Below are positions 11,984 through 26,579 of a stretch of DNA of 64,000 bases, in pieces (within the stretch, counting starts at the first letter, position 1; each line of letters starts with the position of its first letter). Made by a program: the position numbers and the translations under genes. The stretch is from assembly GCA_951406725.2 (NCBI GenBank), contig OX597825.1:26598001-26662000 (forward strand). The letters run 5' to 3'. The notes below the pieces were generated by a model, which was given only the letters and a program-made list of their open reading frames with translations, made no database searches and was not told the DNA's origin. This stretch comes from Octopus vulgaris. Its lineage: Eukaryota.

Positions 11984-14900
11984 CCCAATACATATCTACA
12001 TATATATGTATGCATATATGTATAACTTGTATATCAAAGCCAAGTGTGTTTATTTGCATAATTATCTACTCCCATCCCACAGGTATACACACGCAAACAC
12101 ACACACACACACATATACTAGCCGTATTTATTATTTGTGTGTAAATGAGTGTACGCATATGAACACTTTATTTAAATTACACGAATGCTTCATTGTTAGC
12201 GGTCAATTAAATGCATATAGTTTAAGGCTATTTAACTAATTTAAATGGTTATTACAAATTTACATATATATTCTTATTTTGTCTCCGATCAATTATTTTA
12301 ATATAAGTTAAATCAAAACCACTTCATATAGTATATTCTCATTTCGCAAACAAATCAGAGAAATTAGCCATTATTTCACTTTGACGGCATCATTCTAAAT
12401 AAATCATTAAATTCCTACTCATTCTTTACATATACCTACTTCTTAAGTTAATAATTGTCATTTACCCATATTCATAGAACATCTTAAGAATTAGTTAAAG
12501 AAGAATCCTTATTTAGATATATCGATTGCGAGCACATAATTATATTTTGTTTGCATCATTTAAAGAGCTGTTTGCACATATTTGTTACAACCATAACAAA
12601 TAGAACATAATTTGATCATACATTTAATGAATCGTATGATAACATATATTTTAATTACACATTATTCCAAAGTTTCGAACACCCAATGTATTTTTGTATC
12701 TTATGGTGTAACGTATTATAGTTAATCTCCATTATCATTTTCTGCTACGGGTATCTACAATGAATTTGCTAATTACTAATCGCCAATATAAAAAAAAAAC
12801 CTTTCATATCTAGTATATATAAACAAATCCTTATTAACAATCTTCAGTATATTCCACACGCTGAATCCGAAATTAACGAACATTTCTAATAGTAATTTCG
12901 TGTTGATTTATCCAGTAATCATTTATGCTATATTTTTTTGATGATAGATTTATTCTTCATTCAAGTGATAGTTTTTTTCCTTCTGAGATGTTAACGAAGA
13001 TAGTATCCTATTACACACAATCACACACATACACACGCAACAGACAGAGACACACACACAAGCACAAGTGCGAGCACACACTAACGCACGCATACGAGTT
13101 ATCTTTTGTGACCTAAATTCAAAGTATGATAAATTCACAAACTACAACTCGTAACCATATTAGTGCGGCAATTAACATCAGTTAATGAATCTGTAGTTGT
13201 TTCCTGAAATGATGCATAACAGCATCCCTTTCTCTCTCGTTCTTTGTCTATCAAACGGTACTTGTGCGCAAGTACACACATATTTGTCTATAAACATATT
13301 TATTGAATACGTTTCTTGACTGCATAAATGTTTGAACATTAGAAAACTACAAATAACTTCACGGCATCCACGATAAATGAAATTTTACTTAATATTTTGA
13401 TATGAATAACATAAGTAACTTATCAAAGCTTCGTTAAAATATCAATTGCTCCAGTTTATAACTCCAGTCTCTCAAAGAAATATTATACAATTATCTGCCC
13501 TTTGATTTTGTTTTCGCCTCAGTTTAGTAAACATTTGTTCGCTTATTGTCCTGCTAGAAATGAAACGTGCGTTTTTGCTAAAAAGATATGCATAAAAGAA
13601 ATGGGAAATCTTGTGTATTTTAACTGCCATTTATTTCACAGAAAATATATTTCACTCCAAAGTTCATTTAGCTTATATATAACTAGCATTTAACAAATTC
13701 AAAGAATATATGTCCATGCATGAACTGCATTGCGCTTTGCTTGCATGAGCAGTGCATATTTGGACATATATCTCTGTGAACTCGAATCAACATATGTAAT
13801 GATTTCTTTCTCGCTATAATTTCTAACAAATTCCAATATTTTTATCGACATGAATAATTATAAGAAATTTAATAAAGCCTGTAAGTTATAATTGCTTAGT
13901 GCGTCTGTTGCGGTTAACTAATGATAGCAAACTCCAGAAAAAATAGGTAATTTTCCTTTCAATTTTGTTATATATAACAGTTTTTCGCTGCATTCCTTTG
14001 AACTACCTGAACATTTATACTAATAAAATTCCTTTGAAAACCAACATTGTCTAAGCAACTAGAGTATCCTTCGTATTTGAAAATAAAGTGTGACTTGCGC
14101 TGTACACTATGATGTACAGAGTTGTTATCGAACTGGCATCCTGTATATCACATGTGTATGATCATAAATGAAATAGCTACATATATCATAAATCGCACGA
14201 TAGTATCTAAAACAGATTAATGTCAGGTTTTTCTTCATCTACCATTGAAAAGAATCCTGCTATATTTAACAAGACTCATGCCATTCGATAGAAGCATCAG
14301 CAGAAACACTAAAACAAATATTCCTAACAACATTGCCTGTATTATTTGTTTCTGTTAAACATGTTTTCCACTCTATGCAATTTCAGCTGGTGAGGAGGAG
14401 CACAAACCTTTGCAGTGAAGGAGTAACAGCAACACGAAATTACAGTCGAATCACAAATACGCAAGCAAAAGCACAAAGAAATTCATTAATCTAGAATGTT
14501 TAAATGGAATTTTCTGAATTATATGGAAATTTTATCAGTATAAAATTATAAAGAATATTTCGAATGTTAACCAATTTAAAGCAAACCAAAAGTTATATAA
14601 AATATTACGATAATGAAAAACCACTACAATAAATATAGGAATGAAATAGCATATTGCAAAATATATTTCATATTATTATCGTATATTCCTGTTTATATAA
14701 TTCTGTTTGGCATAGTATCTGCTATACTTCCCATACACCCATCTGTATATACGTACACATGTGTATGTCGGTAAGCCTATATATAATATTGTTTGCAGTC
14801 AAACTTCACACAGAGACATCAGCTCTCGTATTCATACATGTTCAAATTTCAAGACTTACACACCTTCACATACAAACTTATGATTATTTATAGTTGTATC

Positions 14901-15039
14901 CACTTCGAGATACACTTTTAAAATGATTTATCTACGCACAAGCACACACACACACACACACACACAGACACACTCGCATAGATAATTACATTTTACGCAC
15001 ACATACAGATATGTATGCATGTATACCAAAATACTACGT

Positions 15040-15290
<251 letters not shown>

Positions 15291-15589
15291 GTACAGGAGC
15301 AAACTTAATATGTGCATTTCAAGACCTACTTTAAATTGTTTCAGAAAAAAGTATGGAAACAATTAATCATAATGTATTTAAATATTTTTCATTGAATTTC
15401 GCTTGTAATGGTGATATTATATTCTCATATTTTATCAACATTTTAAGTAAATACTCAAAAATATAATAATATGCATTAGATCAAATAAATACCTATACAA
15501 TTTATATCAACCATTTCTGTTTACTTGCTGTAATTATTTACTTCCCATCGTCTGTTATTGAAATTACATGCATTATTGTTGCCGTTGTT

Positions 15590-15840
15590 TTCATCATCAT
15601 CATCATCACCATCCTCATCATCATTATTATGAAGACCACTACCACCACCACTAACATCACCACCACTGTCTCCCTACCATCACTACCACCACCACTATCA
15701 TTATCATTATCATTATTATTGAGTGAGAGAGCAGTGCATGCCATCAAAATGACCCTGGGATAAAATATACGAAGCCCAGTACGCCCATCATGACTACCCG
15801 TCTGATCATTATTATCATTATTAGTATTATTATTATTATT

Positions 15841-15924
<84 letters not shown>

Positions 15925-15925
15925 G
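15590..15925. repeat. Trinucleotide tracts (CAT/CAC/ATT/GTT)n with an ~85-bp non-repetitive insert at 15721-15806
   Basis: Direct reading. The insert 'gagtgagagagcagtgcatgccatcaaa...gactacccgtctgat' looks like a truncated retroelement end inserted in (ATT)n. Confidence 0.8.
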
Positions 15926-17972
15926 GTATTGTTCTTTCGTATCGCAATGTTTTCCATTCTGTATATCGGAAGAAATTTCTTAATTGTGTTTGAAACATTC
16001 TATTTATTTATTTTTTTTTGTTATACGTTTTTATTTAATTGACCTGCATTTTGAGAAGATCGTCAACCCCTGTCTGTTTTGGCCCTTCGGGGCGTCATTG
16101 CAATGTTTTTATGATGCTCTTCCAATTTGTAAATCACTGTCAAAAATATGGCATCGAGATATCTTCACAAGTCCTTAGGATGGAAAGTTTTCTCGGGAAC
16201 ATCAATCCTGATGCTGCATTCCCGGGAATAACGGCAAGGAACCAAAACAGTACCAGCTCGGTAACCAATGACACTGCAACAATTTTTAAAAATAAGAGCA
16301 AGAACATTAGACTGAATTAATTAATCAATCACCACGAAGACGACGGCGACGGTCACAACGACGACGACCACCACTACCGCCGCTGCCAATACACTTCATA
16401 TCAAGCAAAAAGAAATAAAGATGATGTAAAAAGCAAAAGCACATTAACATCGCTGACAACAGGAAGGAAAGCAAAACATCACCGCGACAAATAATAATAA
16501 AAAGAACAACAACAACAACAAGATCATTGAAAAGGAATACTGGAAACTTAATAGAATTAACGGCAACAACAAAACGTCTACTATCATTACAAACACCAGC
16601 ACTATCACTGCAAATATCAGAACTTCTATGGTAATTACCATGGCTACGAACACAGTCGGTTTTGCTAACATTATTAGCTGAAGAAAATAACCTTCCTTTA
16701 CTACGCTTTTCTGGCCATACACCATTTTAAACTCAAAGATGCGTTTAGAAAGCATCCTGCAAATGTTTGAAAGAAAGCAGACTCATTCGATTGTTTAAAA
16801 TTGTATCTGTCTTCAAAATTAGTAAAGGGGGGCAATCCTGTGTCTAAGGAAAAACAACCCACGTCACAGAAGCGTGAGGAAGAATATGAAGGGAAAATAT
16901 TCCGTCCTTATCTGGTATCATGACCATCAAAGAAAATGCTAGGAGGAGTTTGTTTTAATCTTGTGGGAAGTCAATTCGGGATGATTAACTCCTCCTACAA
17001 CGGCAGAAAACAGGTGATCCAGGTCACAGACCATGAGGTCTTATACGGAGAAATGCTATTAGATGAAGTTAGAGAGACAAAAGAAATATAAAGTAAGTCC
17101 TTAAATCTCCAGAACTAATCAGAGGTTAATTTCAAGTTCCAGAATTTAGTACCATCGGAAGTTTTTCAATCAATCCTTGGCTGTATTAAGTGGACATTAG
17201 ACGATCAAATGAGAGTTAGGGTAAAATGGAGACGGCTTAGTTGCCTTACGTATGATAGCACCTAAAATTTGAAGACTTACTTTTCTCACTGAGAGCATGA
17301 TGAAATCTGTATTGGAGCCAACATTATGACCACAATTCTGTCAACAGTAACAGAGGCTCCAGCATCAAAGACGCTTCGCAAAACTGCTCTGCCTCACAAA
17401 GAGCAGAAATCCAATGATACACACGCCATTCAACCCGACTTCATTTCCCACCTCCTATATGTTATCGATTCCCAAGATTCAAGAAGAGAATACTACAGAG
17501 TGATATGTCGGTAGATGAGCCAAGAAGAAAAACGGAGATCATTGCCGAAGACGAAAATCACATTGTTGTAAAGCAAAGCACTTTCCACATTTGTGGATCT
17601 CTTAAGAAACCCTACTTCAGGGGGGAAATCTGATTATCCGTCTTTCCACAAGTCTACGTTCAAAATGATGATATTAGAGTGGGATGTGTTAGTGTACGTG
17701 ATCTTGGATCGTCTTGGAAGGAAAACTTAGTTAACACAGTTTTGCATCCTTGAAGAATAGTGTAGAAAAAATTCTAGGGATGGAAAGACTGTTTAGAACA
17801 TGCTGACATATACACAAACACACCCACACATACACACAAACACACTCACAAAAGCACAAACGCACGCTGACATAAACAGGCTCGTCCCAAAAGGACGCAT
17901 ATTTCTTAAAGAAACGTTAGCCATTCTGCTTTCATCATATCAAAAAGAAATGAAATGTAAATCAGTTATTAA

Positions 17973-18271
17973 CTACTGCATTCCAGTACAGCCTTCTTAA
18001 TCGAGTGGCTAAGTGATTTGATTATTATGTCTAACAGAGCGAATGGCTTTGTTGTGTTTCCCACTGATTAGTGTTGGCACTGTTGGACTAGTAGTAGTAG
18101 TACTGATAATGAATGCTGTGTTTCTAGTGGTGCTGTAAATGGCAATAATGATGACGATAATGTTGATTGTGTTTGCGGAGATGATGATGTTGAAGGTATT
18201 AGCTGCACTTATATGATTATTCCCACGTGGTGAGTTGCAATGCAGCAATATATATAAAAGAGGAAAAACGT
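17973..18271. repeat. ~300-bp segment duplicated in inverted orientation at 22565-22863
   Basis: 'cattccagtacagccttcttaatcgagtgg' versus 'ccactcgattaagaaggctgtactggaatg'; ORFs 18009..18248(-) and 22561..22827(+) give near-identical translations. Confidence 0.9.
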
Positions 18272-18639
18272 TTTAGAGCATATTTAAGAAAGGAAATATG
18301 CTCTAAAAAATTTACTGGAGGCTGGCAAACGCAGTTGAAAGGCAGATATATCTTAGGTTAGAGCTTCAAATATCTTCCTACGGGACTTCACATCACTCAA
18401 ATTAGAGATGTGTTTGAAGTAGATGTAATCGTTCAAAAAGACCCCCAGAACCCGTCTGGAAGATCGAGGACAGCGATGAGCTTCACAAAGCGAGAAAGGT
18501 TACTAGAAACGTATTGTTACACTGATGTGTTTGAAAGTGTTCATCTTGGCAAGTTCCATTCCCATAGACGCGCTCTTTGGTCAAGATCATCACACCAAGA
18601 TGAACAGTTTCCGACAGTTTGCTTGAAATCATGAGAATA

Positions 18640-19700
18640 CATATAAATTAAATGGTTCAGTTAACAGCCACAGTTGCGTCTACCCGAAAAGTGAAAATAT
18701 GCATATTACGGAAGAACATTATGTTAATTCATCAGAAAGGATAAATGGACCATTCTTAATGACTGGTCCCATTTAATCGCTGTGAAGATCTGCCATCTTT
18801 TGAGATTTTCTCTCTCATTTCTTCTTCCATTATCATGTCACCGTACTTGTGTTCCTCGATATTTCTGAACGATCTGATTGTATTACAATATTTCGGTCTC
18901 TTTTCACAAATAATTGTTCTCTCATTTACCGCAAACTGCATCCCAATAACCTTACTAAATACTTTTTCTCATTGGATAAATGAATCAAGTTAATTTTCAC
19001 ATTTGGTAGACTGTTTAAGTTCTTCCGTATGTAGTGGTATTTATGTGCCCCTCGCTTTCATAAACTCAGTATACTTTCCAAATGTTTTATTGTAATGACG
19101 AAAGTAGTAGAAAGTGTGAATTTCCGAAGAATATCGCCATGTGATATTCCAGGGTGGTTCATTGGCGTAAGTTAGTCCTAATTCATACGACGTCGTTACC
19201 TTTACTAAGAAAAAATTACTTATCTTCTCATTAACCAACAACATCCTCACGGGTACGAAGTGCCAGCACCGTGGAAGACTGTCGTAAATATTTTGTAGTC
19301 TATCCAGCCAACAGTAACGTTCTTTCATATTCATTCCGCGTTTATATAATGTTATCAATGCTCAGAATTACAGATCATTTTTACTTCTTTCTGCATCTCT
19401 TCTGCTCTTCTGGCAGTGAATTCTCATCAAAAATGCTATGCATACCATGTGCTAATAGAGTAGTTTACATTTTCTACGGTAATCATACAATAGGACAATA
19501 CATACTGATCCCCACTTTCCTCCCTCCTTTCTTATTAGCACTGTATTTCGGTTTCTCATTAAATACTGGTCTTGCAGAACAGTTTTACACAGTTATGTAA
19601 ACTTGAGAGATTTTTTTAGTGAGAATTGCTAAACACTATCTGGAATAGTTACTACTAGCCTCTACTGTCGTATGTATTTTTCGAAGCCCGATTATTTGGC
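18640..19700 (-). mobile_element. Degenerate R4/Dong-like (RLE-type non-LTR) reverse transcriptase fragment
   Basis: Ordered minus-strand motifs: YCPIV (cf. YRPI), EEQKRCRKK (cf. EEQKGCR), WIDYK..YDSLPRCW (cf. WIDYKKAYDSVPHSW), GISHGD (cf. GIFQGD), SKVIGMQF (cf. DIGMQFG). Many stops and frameshifts. Confidence 0.7.
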
Positions 19701-20944
19701 ATCAGTATCGTTTAGGAGTGTATAGCAAGGAAACACTTCCTATAGTAATATGTTCTTTAAGATTGGTTTAAACGATACGCGTATCGTATATACACAAATA
19801 AGTAAAACTTTGACATATACATCAGATTCACGAAATATACTGCATATATTTGGAGTTCAGAATTCTCGACAACATTGGAAGAAAAGCAAATACCACTATG
19901 TATCCGATAAGTAGATATATAAAGGTTCGGTTACGCAATGAAAAGGAACAAAAGAAATAATTTCACATCGACTGAGTTTTCCTTTATGAGAAGATTTGCG
20001 TATATATTCGATCTACTAATACTTGCGTGTTTGTATGTGTACCGTCGGAATAATAACTAAATACGTAGGGTGTATAAATAATTTATAGATTGATAAAAGT
20101 GTGTGTGAACTTTGCCTTGCATAATCTGGTAATTACTAACTGAATCGGAATCACTATTGCTTGATTGCTACATTTGCTATTTTTAATTTCTTTTCATTTC
20201 GTCCTTTGACAACGCATTGCCTTTACATGTAAGATGAATATATCTTCATAAATCTAACAGCCTTGTATTCTACTGTTGTCTACAATACGTATTTGCTTTC
20301 CAATATTGTTTCTGAACATATATTGCCGACATCAAATCACCAATGTCACAGCTATTGGATATTTCTCCGATATATCCGACCGAGTAACAAACTAGTTGGA
20401 ACTGCCACGCGACCATAAGTCAAAAAGAAAGAAAATAATGCAGCTCTGTAGCGGTTTAGTTACATACATATAAATGCTGGGAGCTCTGTTTTGAAATGTT
20501 TCTCTGATTATACGTTCACTTAACCAGAACTGACTTGGGATAAAAAGCAGCAACAACCATAGCTTCTGACACAAGTTTTGATTAACGTGTTTGCATCGTA
20601 CTACAAAGTGGAAAAGGTGACTATTAGATGCCCCATTGGTTATTAGTACTTTTTTGCTAGCAAATCCTAACGAAATATCACTTGTCTATGATGTATAAAA
20701 TGATCAACTTCTATTTTATATGTGTGGATATCTTCGGTAACAGGACTGCCAGCTTCACATATATGCATACGAAAGATTAAGATATATAACGGACCTGCAA
20801 GAACTAGCACCCCACATATGGGCTTATAAGAATGAATCTGGGTTTCTAGATGCGTATTTTAAAAATTATTTGTCTTTTTAAATCTTACTTCAACTGAAGT
20901 ATATATATATATATATATATATAGACAAACACAAACACACACGT

Positions 20945-22580
20945 ATATAAAAGAATGGAAGTGCATGTAGTTTACATAGTTTTAATATATGTTTTAACTA
21001 TATTTAATAAGTAAAAGAGGATTATGTTTGTCGACCGGTTTAGCTTTCACTAATCATGACATTGAAAGCATTGTAGTTTCATATTTCCCCTCGCCATATA
21101 TGAAGTGTCATTGCACAGATATGGATATCCATTTCCTCATTACATAAAGGAGAATTAGGAACGATATCTGGATGAATATTTTGTCATTTTTGATGAGACT
21201 ATTGATAAATATTTTGGACTTTAAATCAATACTAAATAATATAAAACCTAACATTCAATTTACAGTGGAATATAGCAAAGAACAGTTCCCTTTCTTAGAT
21301 ATCAGGATTTTAAAAAGTCAACAACAAACTTGTAAATGACATTTATCATAAACCATTGGATTACAAGTAATAGTTTGTTTAGCTCATGCCACACGAAACA
21401 CATCAAAGGAGATATTCCCTTTAATTTAGCGAAAAGGATATGAACAATAGTGCTTGATGGAAATACGTCAGAACAATTCCGAGAGACGTTATCCACTTTC
21501 ATTTATAGATGATAGAATTATGCGTGCCAAGAAATTAGGCATTAAAATACTAAAAGAAAAAGGTAGCACTACACCTCATCTCAAAATACTACCGTATATA
21601 TCAACTCACGACCATAAGAATAATAAGGCATACAACACTATTGTACAAAATCTACCTCCGCTCACTAGAGATCCAAAAATACACAGCATTCTGAAAACAC
21701 ATAAATACATCAAATGTAAAAAGCAACACAAATCGTTGAAAAGGCTTATGACAAATGCGAAACTTTACTCAACAACCACGAAACCAATGGTTAGAAAACG
21801 TGGACGTCCAAACTGTGTAATATACTCCAACCTACTGGAAGGTTCGGAATTCGTATTCAAACACAGTTAGAAGCCCACAAGTAAAACTAACTCCCCTTGT
21901 GCCTCCGAGAAACTAATTTATGTTGTAACATGTAAAGTTATGGACATATAAACGTCGGACAGATAAATATAGCATTTGTGCGTAGAACAAACCTACATAA
22001 AGGATGGATCATTTTCCTAAAGTACCGACAGATACATTTGAGTGAACACATACAGTGATATGCAGATAGTATACAACAAAACTTTACAGTTTTCCCCATC
22101 TACCAGTACAAGAAACAATTTTTGTACAAGAACGTTTAAATAAAGTGAATTTATTTATCGAAAAAATACACAACGCGCCTAAATAATGAACGTATAACCA
22201 ACTCTCGTCTCAGTATATATTTTAATTCATGATCGCATACCCATCAGTGTACATATTTCATCTCACAACTTTAGCTTTTGTGTCTTTCTTAATTTATTTA
22301 TCCACACCCCCCACAACAAAAAAGTGAACAATTACCTTCCTTGTCCCGAGAAATAAAGATTGCCGATTACCTCCCTTAGATTTTCCTAATTGTTGATTCA
22401 TTTGCATACTCCTTTCCAAGATCATGGACAAAATCTTCTTCAGAACATACGAAATTACAGTACTTTCAATGTCATAATTAGTGAACGCGAAACCGGTCGA
22501 CAAACACAGTACTCTTTCACTTATAAAATATATTAAAAATATATCGAAACGATTTAAACTGTGTACGTTTTTCTTCCTTT
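20945..22580 (+). mobile_element. 5'-truncated Penelope-like element (RT C-terminus, GIY-YIG endonuclease, pLTR) with an inverted pLTR piece at its 5' end
   Basis: RYLDEYFVIF (cf. RYxDD), PNIQFTVEYSKEQFPFLD, ORF 21454..21870 (YPLSFID...LPYISTH...RGRPNC), CASEKLIYVVTC, VGQ. Inverted repeat about 20960-21085 versus 22445-22566. Confidence 0.85.
22341..22503 (+). ncRNA. Decayed hammerhead ribozyme in the PLE pLTR
   Basis: ttgtc-CCGAGAA (degenerate core)...GAAA-ccgg-TC-gacaa. Stem I ttgtc/gacaa, palindromic stem III accggt; stem II region would be about 135 nt. Confidence 0.45.
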
Positions 22581-23083
22581 ATATATATTGCTGCACTTTA
22601 ATTCACCACGTGGGAATAATCATATAAGTGGAGCTTATACCTTCAACATCATCATCTCCACAAACACCATCATCATTATCGTCATCACTATTACCATTTC
22701 CAACACCACTAGAATCATAGCTATCATTATCAGTACTACTACTACTAGTCCAACAGTGCCAACACAAATCATTGGGAAACACAACAATATCATTCGCTCG
22801 GTTAGAAATAACAATAAAATCACCTAACCACTCGATTAAGAAGGCTGTACTGGAATGTAGTAGCTGATGCAGATAAAGACGTGGTTTTCACAACTGAAGC
22901 GTTTTGGTCATAGGTCTGCTCCACCATGGGCATAATCAATAATAAATCTTCACAACTAATGCAACAAACTGTGCTAAGTAATCCGTATCTTTATATCTTT
23001 ATTGTAACTTCATTTACATTTCGTAACCTATCCTTTATATTTGGTATCATAAACAACAATAATACCTTAAACACTAATATATA

Positions 23084-24002
23084 CGAGGTGGTATCAAAAA
23101 ATTCCTGGACTAGTTATATTTAATGTAAAAAAACTTATTTCCCAAAGTTTTATCCCCGTCTCCTTTAAAAATTGTCATCTTGCACAGCAATACAACTGTC
23201 TCAGTGTTCCTAACACTTTTGGAAGTTCTTTTCCGTAATCGAGTCGAGGACCTTCTCCCATTCGCTTTATATTTCGACAATGGTCTTTAAAACAGGGACC
23301 ATTGAGGTGTATTTTCATCTTGGGGAAGAGATAGAAGTCCGTAGGTGCTAAGTATAATGAATAGGACGGGTGCAGGAAGCGATACCGTATTGTCTTCGAG
23401 AGAAACTCACGATTGAGGAATGGTCAGTGGCCGAGTGTTTTTGCCGTCGTGATGAACCCCATTCATCGCGCTGTACAGATCCGTTCGCTTTCGTCGAATG
23501 TTCTCCCTGAAACGCTTTAAAACGTCACAGTAGAACTCTCGATAAACGATCTGACACTGGGCAACGAATTCCTGATGAACAATACCACATTTCCGGTGGT
23601 GACTCCTGTGACAGGTTTTCTAGACCAGTCATCGTCTTTCAGGGATGTGCTTCCAATTCTGAAGCGCCTATGCCACTAGAAATAGTGCGTACGACCCGTT
23701 CCCTTGTTGCCATAAGCTTGCTGAACCATGCTTAATGTCTCTGTAGCAGACATCCGAAGTTTAACGCAAAATTTCACGTTAGCTCTTTGTTCCAACTTCC
23801 TGCCCATGTCAAAACTCGTAGACAACAGCATACACGTGATAAAAAAAATGCAAATTTCACAACTTGTGAAATAAACACTTTGCTCTCATTCGGTACGCTG
23901 CTTCACAAACGCCACTGTTAAATCTCAAGGCACACGCAACCGTGTGCTGCCATCTTTTGTCGTGCTACAGAACTAGTCTTAGAACTTTTACATACTACAT
24001 TG
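23084..24002 (-). mobile_element. Internally deleted mariner transposon
   Basis: TA-flanked imperfect TIRs 'cgaggtggtatcaaaaaattcctggactagtt' / 'aactagtcttagaacttttacatactacattg'; minus strand HPSYSLYLAPTDFYLFPKMK (YSPDLAPxDF motif). Confidence 0.85.
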
Positions 24003-24478
24003 TATGTGAGGAATAGGATATGTTATGCGATACACATCGATAACTCTAAGAAAATGATTTTTGTGATTCTAATTAAGCAAAGTATAGTTGGTCTGAGCTA
24101 GGTGGTAGCGACAATTCTTTGGAAAGGAGCTTTCAGAAATGAAAATCTCGGTAGTAGACATTCAAACGGGCAAACATCTGTATACATCATTTTGTGCTCT
24201 TGACATCGAATGGCTCGTATAGAAGATCGCATAGCATTTGAATCGGCTGAAAAAAATTACTAAGTGTAAATATCGTATATAACATAAAAGTCAGGTGATT
24301 ATTAACATAAAATGTCTTAACTAAATGCAGAGAAAGACTAAACATGATGTTTGGCATTGCAGATACTTGGATCTACAGGGTTTCTCCACTTAAATGGTTC
24401 ACATTTCAGGAATTACTTGTTTTATACGGTAACAGTCACAATATGACTATTATCCTCTGAAGTCATCACCTGAAATAC

Positions 24479-25440
24479 AGGGTGTTCGGACTAAATTTGA
24501 GAGAATTTGTCAAAGAAAACGAAAACACATAAATGAAATATTAAAAAAAAACATAATTTATTATCTACATTATGACACAGAGTTAATTGTTTATTCAATT
24601 TAACCGACTTCACCTTCACCCTCGTGTTCAAGACGGTCCCAGAACATGATGTATGTGTTCTTCTCTGTTTTCTTGAGTAGATCTTCGAACACGATGATCT
24701 CGGTCACAAATCACCCTTAGTGTCACAGGCAGGGCAGTTGCTGTCGTTATCAACTATGCCTCACTTATATTAATCTATGGGATTACAATTCAAGGATTTA
24801 GGAAGCTAGAAATTGGTACTGGTAAATACGTAAAAATTCATCTTTGATACGTTCCGAAAGTAGGGCAAAGCGCCGCAAACATGGCCTTCAGACATCAACC
24901 GTCTCCAGCCAACTTTTGGTCTCAACAACTTCATACATACATCAGGATTGAGTCTAAGGCCCTATTCACAGAAGTGGAGATCAGTTCGTGAGTGAGGACA
25001 CAGCCCGAAATTTCGCGTCTCCGTTCCTACTAGACACGATTCCATAGTCTCCGGTGCAAGTATCCATGTCAACCCTTACAGACTTTCCATTCTTCGTGGA
25101 TAATTAAGTAACAATCATAATAACGGCATTTTGATCTCCAGCTCGAATCAGGATGATGCAGGTAACTGTTTTCCAATATGCAGAGGCCTTCCAGTCTTTC
25201 ATGTCAGATAATATTTTCTCAACAATAAATGTAATCTTTATGGCCTCCAACACTGTTACCTTTCACTAAACACCAAACTGATGGCATTAGAAAATGTCAT
25301 CAACTTGGACAGAACACTCTGAAAATCTTTCTGTATGACTTCGAAGAGATACGAAGAGATTACAAGGCCAGAGTGAAAAATACATGTGCAAGTGCTAAAA
25401 ATGGAAACAAATTGATATAGTATCATGTGACCCCTTTGCG
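24479..25440 (-). mobile_element. Degenerate Tc1/mariner-superfamily element, DD37D (maT)-like
   Basis: Left end 'ta cagggtgttcggactaaatt'; minus strand NF*LPKSLNCNPID (cf. FWPPNSPDCNPLDY) and ILIRAG-type N-terminus. Right boundary uncertain. Confidence 0.6.
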
Positions 25441-26579
25441 AAACCTATATCCTGCAGTCTTACCTAGAAGCGATTATTATTCGAATGAGGAGAAGGAAAG
25501 TGAAAGCAAAATGATGTTAAAATTTCCCAGTAAAGAATGAAACTAATGTTTATTAATAAAGCATTAATACTGTAGAAAATAACTATTCTTAATGGAATTT
25601 TATGAATAGTTGCAAATATAGCTACTTATGTTTCATGTTAAGAAGACTGTAGCAAGACAAAAAAAATAGAAGAAAGAATTCCTATTTCTTAAGAAGCTCC
25701 AATCATGAAAAGAAACTGAAAACAACGACAATATACGATTCTAACCATCCGGTAATTTGAATTTTATATTATTGATCTGGTTACCATTAGAAAGAAACAC
25801 CGATATTCATGACAAGAATATGAATTCAATTATTTCACATCGACTCCATGTAATTTATGTACTTTTTTGCAGAATTTTAAAATATTTCATGCTTGTAAAA
25901 TAAACAGACAATGACGAGTATGCAAGCACACCCGTATAACAAGTACATACATAATCGCACACATTAACCAACGCATATATATGTGCATGTGAACTTGGGC
26001 GTATATGTAGAGAAGTAAAAACATGCAGGGAGATTAGTGATGGTCTGTGTTAGTAAAATTGTAATCGTTTATAATGTATAAAAAATAAAACTTACACTTC
26101 GCATACAATATTTGTATTGGATTACACAAAAGGCGTTTCAGCAATTTCGAGGATGACAAAAAACTTAATATAATAGCTTTGCCATTTTTAAACTAATATA
26201 TTGAAGAAAAATTTGACACGAGATTTCAATTCAGGTCGTATTAGGTTAGGAAATTTGTATTATATAACAATCTGCCATCTCAGGCAGGTTTGTATCCGAT
26301 TCGTTGACCAATTTTGACACCAATGCGCAGAAGACTGACTTTACTTCAATTTTCTTAATTTAATACGTTCTAAATAAATTTTCTTTTATATTTCTCTTGA
26401 GGAACATTGACAGAAGTTTGAACAATGTCCTATTCCATGGTGATCGTGGGAGAGATAGAAAGATAGATAGATAGAAGCAAAAGACAAAAATTTATAATAA
26501 TTAACGCAAAAATACCTACATTATTCCGTGAAGGCATCTCACGCACAAATGTTGTGCGCACGCTCGCTCAGTTGTTATT

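Noticed and set aside
17040-17330. Possible RTE fragment (RVRVKWRRLSCL)
   Set aside because: A single weak motif; too degenerate to delimit.
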